DNA of 38,205 nucleotides, taken from NCBI GenBank assembly GCA_964528765.1, contig CAZGVA010000002.1:1-38205 (forward strand). The letters run 5' to 3'. Below, one piece after another: positions 8,466-16,756 of the stretch (positions within the stretch are counted from its first letter, which is position 1; each line of letters starts with the position of its first letter). The stretch comes from Candidatus Woesearchaeota archaeon. GTDB taxonomy: Archaea > Nanobdellota > Nanobdellia > UBA10117 > JABICX01. Position numbers and translations under genes: made by a program. Below the pieces are notes generated by a model, which saw only the letters and a program-made list of their open reading frames with translations, did no database searches and was not told the DNA's origin.

Positions 8466-10265
8466 TTATTTTAATTGTGAATCTTGTGGAATAATTTCAA
8501 AATCAAACATTTGAAAATTAGTTGTATCCGAATTTAAACCAAGGTCCTTAGATAGCAGGTTAAAATAAATTTGTGTAGGTATATCTTCGGGATTTTCTTT
8601 TAATGATTTTTTAATATAACTAAATGCTTTATCTTTCTTATTTAAACCATGTAATATTTGCGCTTGACCTAAACGTATGAAGCTTTTTTGTTTTTTATCA
8701 ATATCACTAATTTTGTGAAATATTGTCGTATATACAGAAAGGACGTCCAATTCTTTTCCAGGTATTTGAGCTAATATTTCTGCTTTTGCGTAATAATTCA
8801 TTAAATCTTCAGGTTCTGCAATAAGGATTTTTTCAATATACGGTAAAGCTTTTTGATATTTTTCTAACCCCATTAAATTGTTAATTCTTAGTTTATTTGA
8901 GTTGTTTGTTGTTTCAGTTATATAATCTAATTTCAAATCATTATTATCTGCGAGAGTAGTTATAATTTCATCAAGTAATTTGTTAGATATGTCGAATTCG
9001 TTTAAATTTGTATTTGCAATAGCTGTATTAAATTTAAGCATAATTTCAGTAGGGTGTTCAGATAAATAATCTGCTGAAATATCGATTATTTTTTGCCATT
9101 GACCTAGAGCGTCATAACTGGTTTGTATAGCAGATAAAAAATCACATTTAGCATCGTTATCAATGTCATTCGTTGTATTTAAACAATGGAAAAATGCATT
9201 AATCGCTTTTTTAAAATAATTTAAATTATGGTAGCACAATCCTAAATTGTACCATGCGCTCTCAGATTCAGGTTCTAACGTAACTACTTCTTTGAAACTT
9301 GAAACAGCATCATAATCTTTTTCTAAATTTAGTAGAATGCGACCTTTTCTAAAATGAAATTCAGGGTTAGATCTATCTCGCATAATAGCAAAATCAATTG
9401 CAGATAGTGCTTCCTCGGGCTTTTCAAGATGCATTAAAATTGACGAAAGAAGTTCATAATTCTGGCTGTCAGTAGTACGTAGACCGTTTGTTATGTTTAT
9501 TGCGTCTAGTGCAAGTTCGTATTCACCTAATTTTTCAAGCACAACAGCTTTACCTCGCCAAGCTGATTGATGATTAAAGTCTGCGTCAGTACTTATATTA
9601 AAATATCTAAGTGCCAAAATATAGAATTCATCTTCAAACTCTAATGTTCCGTCTACGAAATTTACTTCTGCTTTATCAAATAATTTATCTGTTGAGTGAA
9701 GTATATTTATGTCATCGAGTACAAGAGCACTTTTATCAAATTTTTCATGTTGATAATAAATTTCACTTTTTAAAGTTAAAACTTGTGCCGGACTAAATCC
9801 ATCTTTAATCATATCTTCTAGAAAATTTATTGCGTCGTCAAGTTCAATTGAAATAAGGTTATTTTTTAAATCTTGGTAAATGTTCCGTAATTCGTGTAGT
9901 GTTGTTGCTTCTTCAGTTCGATGACTTAATTTTGTTAAATGGGCCTTTGTCTCGGTTTCATGAAATGCAACATAGGGTAGTATTGCGCGTGCTGCATCAA
10001 GAGGTTTTTCTTCTTTTTCAAAAAATAACGATTCATAGTATGCTGTGTGATGTGGCAGTAAATCTAATTTTGCTAAATATTCTCGCGCTTTATTTAAGTC
10101 ACCTTTGTTTGCAGCTGAACTCATTAATGCACCCAAAGCGAAATCACCATAATCACCTATTGAAAGAACTTTTTCTTCTTCAATGGGTTTTTCTTCAATT
10201 GGTGTTTTTTTCTTAAGTAAATCAACTACGGTAGTTTTTTCTACAATACTTTCTATTTGAGTCAT
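8466..10265 (-). CDS. TPR-repeat protein (599 aa)
   Basis: Repeated TPR-like 34-mers, e.g. AWYNLGLCYHNLNYFKKAINAFFHCL and AWRGKAVVLEKLGEYELALDAI. Confidence 0.7.
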   Translation of the reverse strand: MTQIESIVEKTTVVDLLKKKTPIEEKPIEEEKVLSIGDYGDFALGALMSSAANKGDLNKAREYLAKLDLLPHHTAYYESLFFEKEEKPLDAARAILPYVAFHETETKAHLTKLSHRTEEATTLHELRNIYQDLKNNLISIELDDAINFLEDMIKDGFSPAQVLTLKSEIYYQHEKFDKSALVLDDINILHSTDKLFDKAEVNFVDGTLEFEDEFYILALRYFNISTDADFNHQSAWRGKAVVLEKLGEYELALDAINITNGLRTTDSQNYELLSSILMHLEKPEEALSAIDFAIMRDRSNPEFHFRKGRILLNLEKDYDAVSSFKEVVTLEPESESAWYNLGLCYHNLNYFKKAINAFFHCLNTTNDIDNDAKCDFLSAIQTSYDALGQWQKIIDISADYLSEHPTEIMLKFNTAIANTNLNEFDISNKLLDEIITTLADNNDLKLDYITETTNNSNKLRINNLMGLEKYQKALPYIEKILIAEPEDLMNYYAKAEILAQIPGKELDVLSVYTTIFHKISDIDKKQKSFIRLGQAQILHGLNKKDKAFSYIKKSLKENPEDIPTQIYFNLLSKDLGLNSDTTNFQMFDFEIIPQDSQLK

Positions 10266-10300
10266 TTAGAGTGAGTTGTGAAAAATTTATAAAATATTCG

Positions 10301-10876
10301 TTATTCGTGCTTATACTTGCCTCGAAGCTCAACTTTCTTTAGTCTTTCAAGAACTGGCTTGTTTTTGTAAGTTTTTAGAAATTCTTTCCAGCAAGCTTGC
10401 CAGATATCAAAGTGTTTAGATTTCAAACATTCTTTGAAAAGATGAACATCAACTGCTTTGTCTTCGATTTTTTCGGAATATTGCGCTAATCCAAAGTCAA
10501 TAAAAACAATTTCCTTGTCTCGCAAAATCATATTAGATGTGGTTAAGTCACCATGCACAATATTTGCTTTGTGGAGTTTCAAAAGTTCTTTGCCAATTGT
10601 TTTACATATTTCTGGAGCAAATATATCTCGAACTTTCTTACCTTCAATTTTCTCAATCTTCAATTTCATATTTTTTTCATCAACATCAAGAATTTGAGGA
10701 ACTGGAACACCTGCTCGGCTAGCTTTTGCAATCAAGCGAGCTTCAGCTCTAGTCCGTTGTTTTCTAAGCTTCAAATCAATTTCAGGCAAGCGATAGTTCT
10801 TTTTGATTCGGTGTTTTATAATATCACCTTTTGAATCATATATTTTAGCTTCTGCACCTTGCGCAATTAATTTCAT
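10301..10876 (-). CDS. bud32: Bud32/PRPK-type KEOPS kinase
   Basis: A small RIO-like kinase: GAEAKIY, KHR..K, the catalytic loop IVHGDLTTSNMIL and the DFG-equivalent IDFGLA. Confidence 0.8.
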   Translation of the reverse strand: MKLIAQGAEAKIYDSKGDIIKHRIKKNYRLPEIDLKLRKQRTRAEARLIAKASRAGVPVPQILDVDEKNMKLKIEKIEGKKVRDIFAPEICKTIGKELLKLHKANIVHGDLTTSNMILRDKEIVFIDFGLAQYSEKIEDKAVDVHLFKECLKSKHFDIWQACWKEFLKTYKNKPVLERLKKVELRGKYKHE

Positions 10877-10908
10877 AATATAAACTAAAAGATATATATA
10901 TAAAAGTC

Positions 10909-12000
10909 CTACTTTTGTTTGGATTTTACTCTTTGTCGCGCTATTTTAAGTGCAGCTTGTCTTGGAGATATATTGTTTTTCTTTGAATGTTCAAGAGTTT
11001 CTCGCGTATTTTCAGTAACTTTTTCCTCAACAATCTTCCACATTTTTTTTGCATCTCCACCAATATGTTCAACATAGCTAGAGATTACTCCACCAGCATT
11101 AGCAACAAAATCAGGTACTAATAGAACGCCTTTATTATGAAATACTTCTTCAAGATCTGGTCGCATTACAATATTACTGCCACAAACAATTAGCTTAAAT
11201 TTCATATTGCTAATATCGTGTTCTTTTATCAAATCTGGAATTGCAGCAGGTATTAAAATATCTGCCTGAACTTTTAGAATCTCATGTGATGGTTTAACTA
11301 CGCCTTTTGCAGAAGTTACTGTGCCTTTTTTTGTTTTAGTTTCAGATAGTTCTTTGAAACTCAAACCTTCTGGATTAATTATAACTCCCTTGGAATCAGA
11401 TGCAGCAACACATTTTGCTCCAACTTCAGTCATGAATTTTGTTACAAACCAACCAACATTACCAAACCCTTCAACTGCAAATGTCTTGTCTTTCAAATCC
11501 CAACCAAGGTGTTCTGCAGCAACTTTTATTGCATGGAAAACACCAAAACCAGTTGATCCAAGCTCATGTGGTAAGCCACCCATCTTTGCGGGTTTTCCCG
11601 TACAACATTTTTTATTACCATTACCTTCAATCAACCATTCCATTTCATTTTCAGCCATATTCATATCTGGCGCAGCGATGTATAATGAAGGACAAATTGG
11701 CTTAATTGCTTCACCAAAAGATTTTACAAGAGCTTTTTTCTCAGAATTTGATAGTTCTTTAGCATTAGCAATAATACCGGATTTACCGCCACCAAAGGGT
11801 ATGCCTGCAAGTGCGCATTTCCAAGTCATTGCTCTAGCAAGTTTCATAACTTCTTCAATTGAAACTGACGGAGTCATTCGTATTCCACCTTTTGCAGGGC
11901 CAAGTGCCGTGTTATCAACTACAGTAAAACCATGTAATCCTGTTTTTTTATTATGGACTTCGAGAACTTTCTCTGGTCCAAACTCATCAAAATCTGTCAT
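10909..12000 (-). CDS. Glu/Leu/Phe/Val dehydrogenase family protein (short form, 363 aa)
   Basis: GPAKGGIRM and KCALAGIPFGGGKSGI (catalytic Lys region), followed by the Rossmann motif VEGFGNVG. Confidence 0.85.
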   Translation of the reverse strand: MTDFDEFGPEKVLEVHNKKTGLHGFTVVDNTALGPAKGGIRMTPSVSIEEVMKLARAMTWKCALAGIPFGGGKSGIIANAKELSNSEKKALVKSFGEAIKPICPSLYIAAPDMNMAENEMEWLIEGNGNKKCCTGKPAKMGGLPHELGSTGFGVFHAIKVAAEHLGWDLKDKTFAVEGFGNVGWFVTKFMTEVGAKCVAASDSKGVIINPEGLSFKELSETKTKKGTVTSAKGVVKPSHEILKVQADILIPAAIPDLIKEHDISNMKFKLIVCGSNIVMRPDLEEVFHNKGVLLVPDFVANAGGVISSYVEHIGGDAKKMWKIVEEKVTENTRETLEHSKKNNISPRQAALKIARQRVKSKQK

Positions 12001-12112
12001 ATTATGAAAAATTCAAAGAACTATAAAAGCTTAGTGGGTGTAAACTATCAATTATATATAAGATGACCAAAGACCTGCTTGAGCATCTGAAAGCTGAATG
12101 TCATAAGTTTTA

Positions 12113-12979
12113 GTGTCTGTATTGAATAAATCTTTAAATTTGCTGTTGAATTTAGAAGTAATGTTAACTGTAGATGAGATTAAGAAAATACCTTTGCTTC
12201 CTACTGAAGATGGTTTCGAAACAATTGGTATTGCAAAAAGTTATGCTTTAGGTGGTATTGTTAATTTTTGTGGTTATGATGTTACGCGTTTTACTCAAGA
12301 GGAATTAGATAAGGTAAGTGACGCTCGCTTTTTTAATCCGAGCATAACGTCTTTTGAAAATAATGATGACAGAGTTCTTGTTATTTATCGAGAATTGCGT
12401 ATGAATGAAAACCATCGTAATAAATTGACGAAGATTTTGAATGGAATCACTCATTGTTATTTTTCATCAAGTGGATTTAATAATCTAACGCCAGGAAGAT
12501 CAAGAGAATTAGTTGATGATAATAATGAACGAGTTTTAGATGAAAATCAGCAACCCAAATATGTTAATCTTTGTGGACCAAATAAATCTGCATTTGATCT
12601 AGGTCAAGAAATGAGTGCGAATTTGAAATATTTTGGGAAGGGCGGTAACAAAATGAGTTATCATGGCAAAGAATCATCCTACTTAATCGTTGAACATTTA
12701 GAAAATATTGTTGGTATTTTTAATACAAATACTGAAAATACTGTAACTTTGGAAACAAGACGTAATTTAGCTAAAGAAATGATACCCATATATACTGCAC
12801 TTGCATTATCTGAAACAATAATTGGTGAAAGTACAATGAGTGTATATAAAGAAAGAACTATTGCAGGCTTGTTAAGTAATGTTGATGCTTTTATTGAATT
12901 CGATAAATCATTAACTACACCACCAATATTTGATAAATTAAAATATGTAATTGATAAAGTAAAGGATGCTGTTTGTTAG
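12113..12979 (+). CDS. Hypothetical protein (ORFan; C-terminus ends ...KDAVC)
   Basis: An 867-nt open frame in AT-rich DNA. The track start is GTG, and ATG 12161 (MLTVDEIKK) is an alternative. No recognised domain. Confidence 0.5.
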   Translation: MSVLNKSLNLLLNLEVMLTVDEIKKIPLLPTEDGFETIGIAKSYALGGIVNFCGYDVTRFTQEELDKVSDARFFNPSITSFENNDDRVLVIYRELRMNENHRNKLTKILNGITHCYFSSSGFNNLTPGRSRELVDDNNERVLDENQQPKYVNLCGPNKSAFDLGQEMSANLKYFGKGGNKMSYHGKESSYLIVEHLENIVGIFNTNTENTVTLETRRNLAKEMIPIYTALALSETIIGESTMSVYKERTIAGLLSNVDAFIEFDKSLTTPPIFDKLKYVIDKVKDAVC

Positions 12980-13110
12980 TTATTTAATTCATTTAATGTA
13001 ATCGTTTCTAATCTTTTTTCCTATTTTTTAGTATTTTTTTACGTAATTAACCTGATTTTGTAATAGATATACTTATAAATGAATATGTATAACTACTTAT
13101 AAGTAAACTT

Positions 13111-13266
13111 ATGGTAGTTAAAGTAAAAGTTCAGGAATTTGGAAAGAATAAGCAAGTAATGGTATCTATACCACGAGCTATTGCGCAGTTACTTGGATAT
13201 AAAAAAGGAAAGACAGCTAACTGGATGTTAGAAGATGGCTTTCTTAAATTGAGGTTAGATGAATAA
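13111..13266 (+). CDS. AbrB/SpoVT (MazE/VapB-like) swapped-hairpin small DNA-binding protein, 51 aa
   Basis: Not in the ORF track because it is under 60 aa. The translation is MVVKVKVQEFGKNKQVMVSIPRAIAQLLGYKKGKTANWMLEDGFLKLRLDE. The core VSIPRAIAQLLGYKKGKTANW resembles the AbrB/SpoVT consensus (vtIPkeir..lgl..Gd.v). It overlaps the next gene by 8 nt. Confidence 0.55.
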   Translation: MVVKVKVQEFGKNKQVMVSIPRAIAQLLGYKKGKTANWMLEDGFLKLRLDE

Positions 13267-13864
13267 AATGAGAATACAAATGCGTGTAAGAACATCAGAA
13301 TACGCTCCATTAATGGATAAATTTATTCATGATAATGATAGAAAACTATATGAAACAAATCCGATAGATTGGCCAGAACCCGAAGCAATACATTTATGTT
13401 TAAATGATACACCAAAGCTTGAAGCATTTCTAAATGGAACTGAGTCTAATGTTGAACTTGGTTTTTTAGGCACATTAAATTCGTTCTCGCGCCCAAATAA
13501 ACGTGAGAATTATGAACATATAACTCGTGAACCGGGAAAAGATGTGAATTATTTTGTTGATATATTTTTTGAGATGAAAGGAATAGATACTAATGTGGAC
13601 CCTCGTCGATTAATTCCAAAGTTACCTTATTTTGTTGAATCTGGTTTTGTTGGTTTAGGTCATACACACAGAACAGGTAGTAGAATTGATTTTTCAGAAA
13701 CAGACAAAGAATTTCTGTCAGGATCATTTACGTATCGACCACACATATTATTTGCTCAGAACGAAGAGGGAAGAATTGTAGCAAACATGTACTTGCCGGG
13801 AAAAGGAACGTATCAAATTAGTCCTGAAAATATATTGTTAAAATCATTTGCAGAGGTTAGATGA
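13259..13864 (+). CDS. MPN/JAMM (JAB)-like metalloprotein, putative
   Basis: GLGHTHRTGSRIDFSETD resembles the JAMM motif HxHx7Sx2D, but with 8 residues between the second His and the Ser. A possible upstream Glu lies in PEPEAIHLCL. The call is weak and rests on this motif only. Confidence 0.4.
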   Translation: MNKMRIQMRVRTSEYAPLMDKFIHDNDRKLYETNPIDWPEPEAIHLCLNDTPKLEAFLNGTESNVELGFLGTLNSFSRPNKRENYEHITREPGKDVNYFVDIFFEMKGIDTNVDPRRLIPKLPYFVESGFVGLGHTHRTGSRIDFSETDKEFLSGSFTYRPHILFAQNEEGRIVANMYLPGKGTYQISPENILLKSFAEVR

Positions 13865-13867
13865 ATA

Positions 13868-14536
13868 ATGGTAAATGATAATCGAACCAACATTACTGAA
13901 GATCGTTTGAAGAATTTAGAAGGAATAACGCTCGAGAAAACAAAAGATAATATGCGAATGAAAGTTGATGATAAGTGGGTTTTTCCAGTTAGAAATAAGT
14001 ATATGTTTGCGCCAATTGAAGAAGATCCAATATATTTAAATATTCCAGCTCCAGCGGGAAAAGGAATACGGGTATACTTAAATGGAGAAAATTACGATCA
14101 GCTCAATGAAGAGTTAAGCAACAAATTAACAAATATTGTAGCTACAGTAAATGATGCACATGAATATGATTTTGGAGCATGTGTAAGAAAGCAAATTAAA
14201 CCTTATGAACAACAACCAGCACGGTCAAGAACAACATTAAATAAAGATATAGCAACAATGCTGGAATATGCTCCAGATATAAGTAATCCTGACGCGCCAA
14301 AAATAATTTGTACAGGTTCAACAGACTTAATTGCAGATGAATTAGAACGCGCAAATATACCTAAGTTATATTGGAAAGTAGGTAGCGCAATAAAGAAAAA
14401 TGGAATTCATCATAGTGTAGTTTTTGTATTTGATAACAAAGGCAAATGGGTTTTATTAAATGGTAAAACTCCAGCAAATAATTATACTATAATTCCAAAA
14501 TCCAGTTTAGATAATGACGTGGAGCGTGTTTGCTAA
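13868..14536 (+). CDS. Papain-fold / transglutaminase-like Cys-peptidase-like protein, putative (C-terminus ends ...ERVC)
   Basis: IICTGSTDLIADELERANIPKLYWKVG...IHHSVVFVFDNKGKWVLLNG matches the transglutaminase-core layout (C..f..l...lRa.GIPaR.v.G ... HaWvev....gW..lD). Candidate triad is Cys148, His181 or His182, and Asn198 or Asp189. Confidence 0.35.
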   Translation: MVNDNRTNITEDRLKNLEGITLEKTKDNMRMKVDDKWVFPVRNKYMFAPIEEDPIYLNIPAPAGKGIRVYLNGENYDQLNEELSNKLTNIVATVNDAHEYDFGACVRKQIKPYEQQPARSRTTLNKDIATMLEYAPDISNPDAPKIICTGSTDLIADELERANIPKLYWKVGSAIKKNGIHHSVVFVFDNKGKWVLLNGKTPANNYTIIPKSSLDNDVERVC

Positions 14537-15219
14537 TGGCAAATATTGATATATATGATGGAACTGCAACTCCGCGAGCAGGAAAACAACTTATGTATGC
14601 TCTGCAAGATTTAGCAAGGATTAGACAAAAGGAATTTCATATTTTTCCAGACCCTAGAAAATCAAATGATGAAAATACACGAAGATATAATATTGTTAAT
14701 GGCTTTGCTAATCTTAATTATTTTGAAAATAGAAATGGTAGAAATCAAGTTAATGTAGCACCCATGCCAAAACAAATGGCTGATGCTAAGGGTTTAGAAG
14801 AAATTGTAGATGTTGATAGTTTAAAAATTATTATTTTAGCTGATGATATTTTCTGCGGAGAAGAATCTAATTGGTGTATTGGTGTTGCAAATGGAGTTGA
14901 TTTGTATGATGAGCAAGGTAATTTATATGATGATAGAGACTTTTTAACTGTAACAACATATGACGCAAAGACTGATGTTCAGCTAAAAGATCGATTCTTA
15001 CATGAGCTTGGACATATTTTTGGTGCTGCTCCAAAAGGACGTTCAAATACTGAAGAATTTTTAGGACCTCACTGTATTAATGATTTGTGCGTAATGCAAC
15101 AAAGAGATACAGTGGATGGGCAAGAAGAATTAACTAGACAAAGACAAATATATCGTGCACCAACTTATTGTAATCAATGTGTTGCGGATTTAAAATCTTC
15201 TGCTAAATTTGAGAGATAA
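14536..15219 (+). CDS. amzA: Archaemetzincin-like zinc metallopeptidase (M54-like) with expanded signature
   Basis: HELGHIFG-(16 aa)-CINDLCVM-(24 aa)-CNQC follows the archaemetzincin signature HEXXHXXGX3CX4CXMX17CXXC, with two spacers lengthened. ATG 14536 overlaps the previous stop as TAATG. Confidence 0.75.
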   Translation: MANIDIYDGTATPRAGKQLMYALQDLARIRQKEFHIFPDPRKSNDENTRRYNIVNGFANLNYFENRNGRNQVNVAPMPKQMADAKGLEEIVDVDSLKIIILADDIFCGEESNWCIGVANGVDLYDEQGNLYDDRDFLTVTTYDAKTDVQLKDRFLHELGHIFGAAPKGRSNTEEFLGPHCINDLCVMQQRDTVDGQEELTRQRQIYRAPTYCNQCVADLKSSAKFER

Positions 15220-15250
15220 TTGAATACAAAACGGGAATTAATTAGTCAAG

Positions 15251-16165
15251 TTATTTATTTTCTTGAATATAATTATAAGCAGCTTGAGCTGCATGAGCTC
15301 CCTGAGCTACACCTGTGATTGCTTGCTTAAAATCATAATCTGTGCAATCTCCTGCTCCAAAAGCACCTGAAACATTTGTTTGAGAATGTTTGTTAACAAT
15401 TAATTCGTGTTTCTTATTTAGTTTGCAGCCGATTTTTTCAGCTAATTCGGTTTTTGGAATATATCCAATCTCAACAAAAATTCCATCAAGCTTTAATTCT
15501 TCTGAACTTTTGTATTCTCTGTCAAGAATAACTTGATTTACAAATTGTTTTCCTTGAATTTCTTTAAGATTTGCTTTGTAAATGATTTCAATTTTTTTGT
15601 TTGCTAAAACATTTTTGAAATTTATTGGTTCTGCGCGTAGTTTTTCTCCACGATAAATAATATAAATTTTCTTTGCAAATTGTGCTAGAAGAATTGCTTC
15701 TTTAGCTGCAGAATCTGAGCCACCAATAACTGCAACAGTTTTACCTGCGAAAAGTGGTCCGTCACATGTGCCACAGTAACTTACACCTTTACCTCTGTAC
15801 TCTTTTTCACCTTTAACATCTAGTTGTCGATGAAATGAGCCTGTTGCAAAAAGAACCGTTTTTCCTTCGTATTCGTTTTTTTCAGTTTTAACTTTAAACG
15901 AACTTCTTAGTTTTTTAATATCCTTAGCAGTTTCCTGTTTTATTGTAACTTTTTTGTAAGATTTAGCATGATCAATTATTTTTTGAGTTAACTCTAATGC
16001 TCCAATTTTTTTAAATCCAATATAATTCTCAATATCGTGAGTTTGTTGTAAAAGGCCACCTAGATTTTCAGCAAGAACAAGAACATTTAACTCATATCTA
16101 GCTGCATAAACCGCGGCACCTAAGCCAGCTACACCGCCACCAATAATAACTAAATCATATACCAT
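15251..16165 (-). CDS. trxB: Thioredoxin-disulfide reductase
   Basis: FAD motif VIIGGGVAGLGAA, the redox-active CGTCDG, an NADPH site VAVIGGSDSAAKEA, and a C-terminal GAGDC. Confidence 0.9.
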   Translation of the reverse strand: MVYDLVIIGGGVAGLGAAVYAARYELNVLVLAENLGGLLQQTHDIENYIGFKKIGALELTQKIIDHAKSYKKVTIKQETAKDIKKLRSSFKVKTEKNEYEGKTVLFATGSFHRQLDVKGEKEYRGKGVSYCGTCDGPLFAGKTVAVIGGSDSAAKEAILLAQFAKKIYIIYRGEKLRAEPINFKNVLANKKIEIIYKANLKEIQGKQFVNQVILDREYKSSEELKLDGIFVEIGYIPKTELAEKIGCKLNKKHELIVNKHSQTNVSGAFGAGDCTDYDFKQAITGVAQGAHAAQAAYNYIQENK

Positions 16166-16216
16166 AGAATAGAAAATAAGTGAAATATAAAAGCTTAATG
16201 GGCGAAATTTACTAAA

Positions 16217-16492
16217 TTATTCTCTAATTTCATATACAGGCAGTTCGTAATGAGTCATACCTGCTGAACCAAAATATGTAGCATTTTCTGCTTCACTTAA
16301 AATTCGCGGAGAAGAATTCACTATCTCTCGGTTGGGATTGACTTGGTCTTCAAGCTTACTAAATGCATTGATAGCTTCCATTGAATCTCTTCGTAGAGTT
16401 TGTCTAGATATATTGCCGCGTTTATTACGTTCATTAAGAAGCGCATCAGCCATTTCCTTTTTGCGTTTTTCTTTTCGTTTTCTTGTACTCAT
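16217..16492 (-). CDS. Hypothetical small protein with a basic N-terminus
   Basis: An open frame starting MSTRKRKEKRKKEM. The track's longer start (16534) would end 22 nt from the tRNA. No motif recognised. Confidence 0.35.
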   Translation of the reverse strand: MSTRKRKEKRKKEMADALLNERNKRGNISRQTLRRDSMEAINAFSKLEDQVNPNREIVNSSPRILSEAENATYFGSAGMTHYELPVYEIRE

Positions 16493-16556
16493 ATAACTAA
16501 ACGATAAAAACATTTTTAAAATTATCGTAACCACAGTAGTATTTTAAGAATATAAG

Positions 16557-16726
16557 CGAGCCCACAAGGATTCGAACCCCGATCAACCGGTATCTTCCCC
16601 CAAATTTTAGTTTCTGGGGTTGGAAGACCTCTTTTTAAAGAGGGATTCCGCCGAAGCCGGCCGCACTATACAGCGCTAAACATATTATTTGGGTTTATTT
16701 TAGCGTATCCATTATGCTATGGGCCC
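16557..16726 (-). tRNA. Intron-containing tRNA, best parsed as tRNA-Arg (UCG) with two introns
   Basis: Minus-strand reading, part 1: GGGCCCA-TA-GCAT-AATGGAT-ACGC, then about 40 nt, then G-GCCGG-CTTCGG. Part 2: about 59 nt, then A-CCGGT-TGAT-CGGGG-TTCGAAT-CCTTG-TGGGCTC-G. The acceptor (7 bp, one G-U), T arm, a D arm with GG, and an anticodon stem GCCGG/CCGGT are all recoverable. This is the only GC-rich island in the region. Exact splice sites are not resolved. Confidence 0.6.
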
Positions 16727-16756
16727 ACATATAGAAATGATTTTAAGGTTTCTTAA

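Noticed and set aside
11321-12007. 228-aa plus-strand ORF, with nested ORF 11439-11705, lying inside the dehydrogenase gene
   Set aside because: It lies entirely antisense to a gene with strong Glu/Leu/Phe/Val dehydrogenase motifs. Its translation is Pro/Ser/Phe-rich and low in complexity, which is typical of a shadow ORF.
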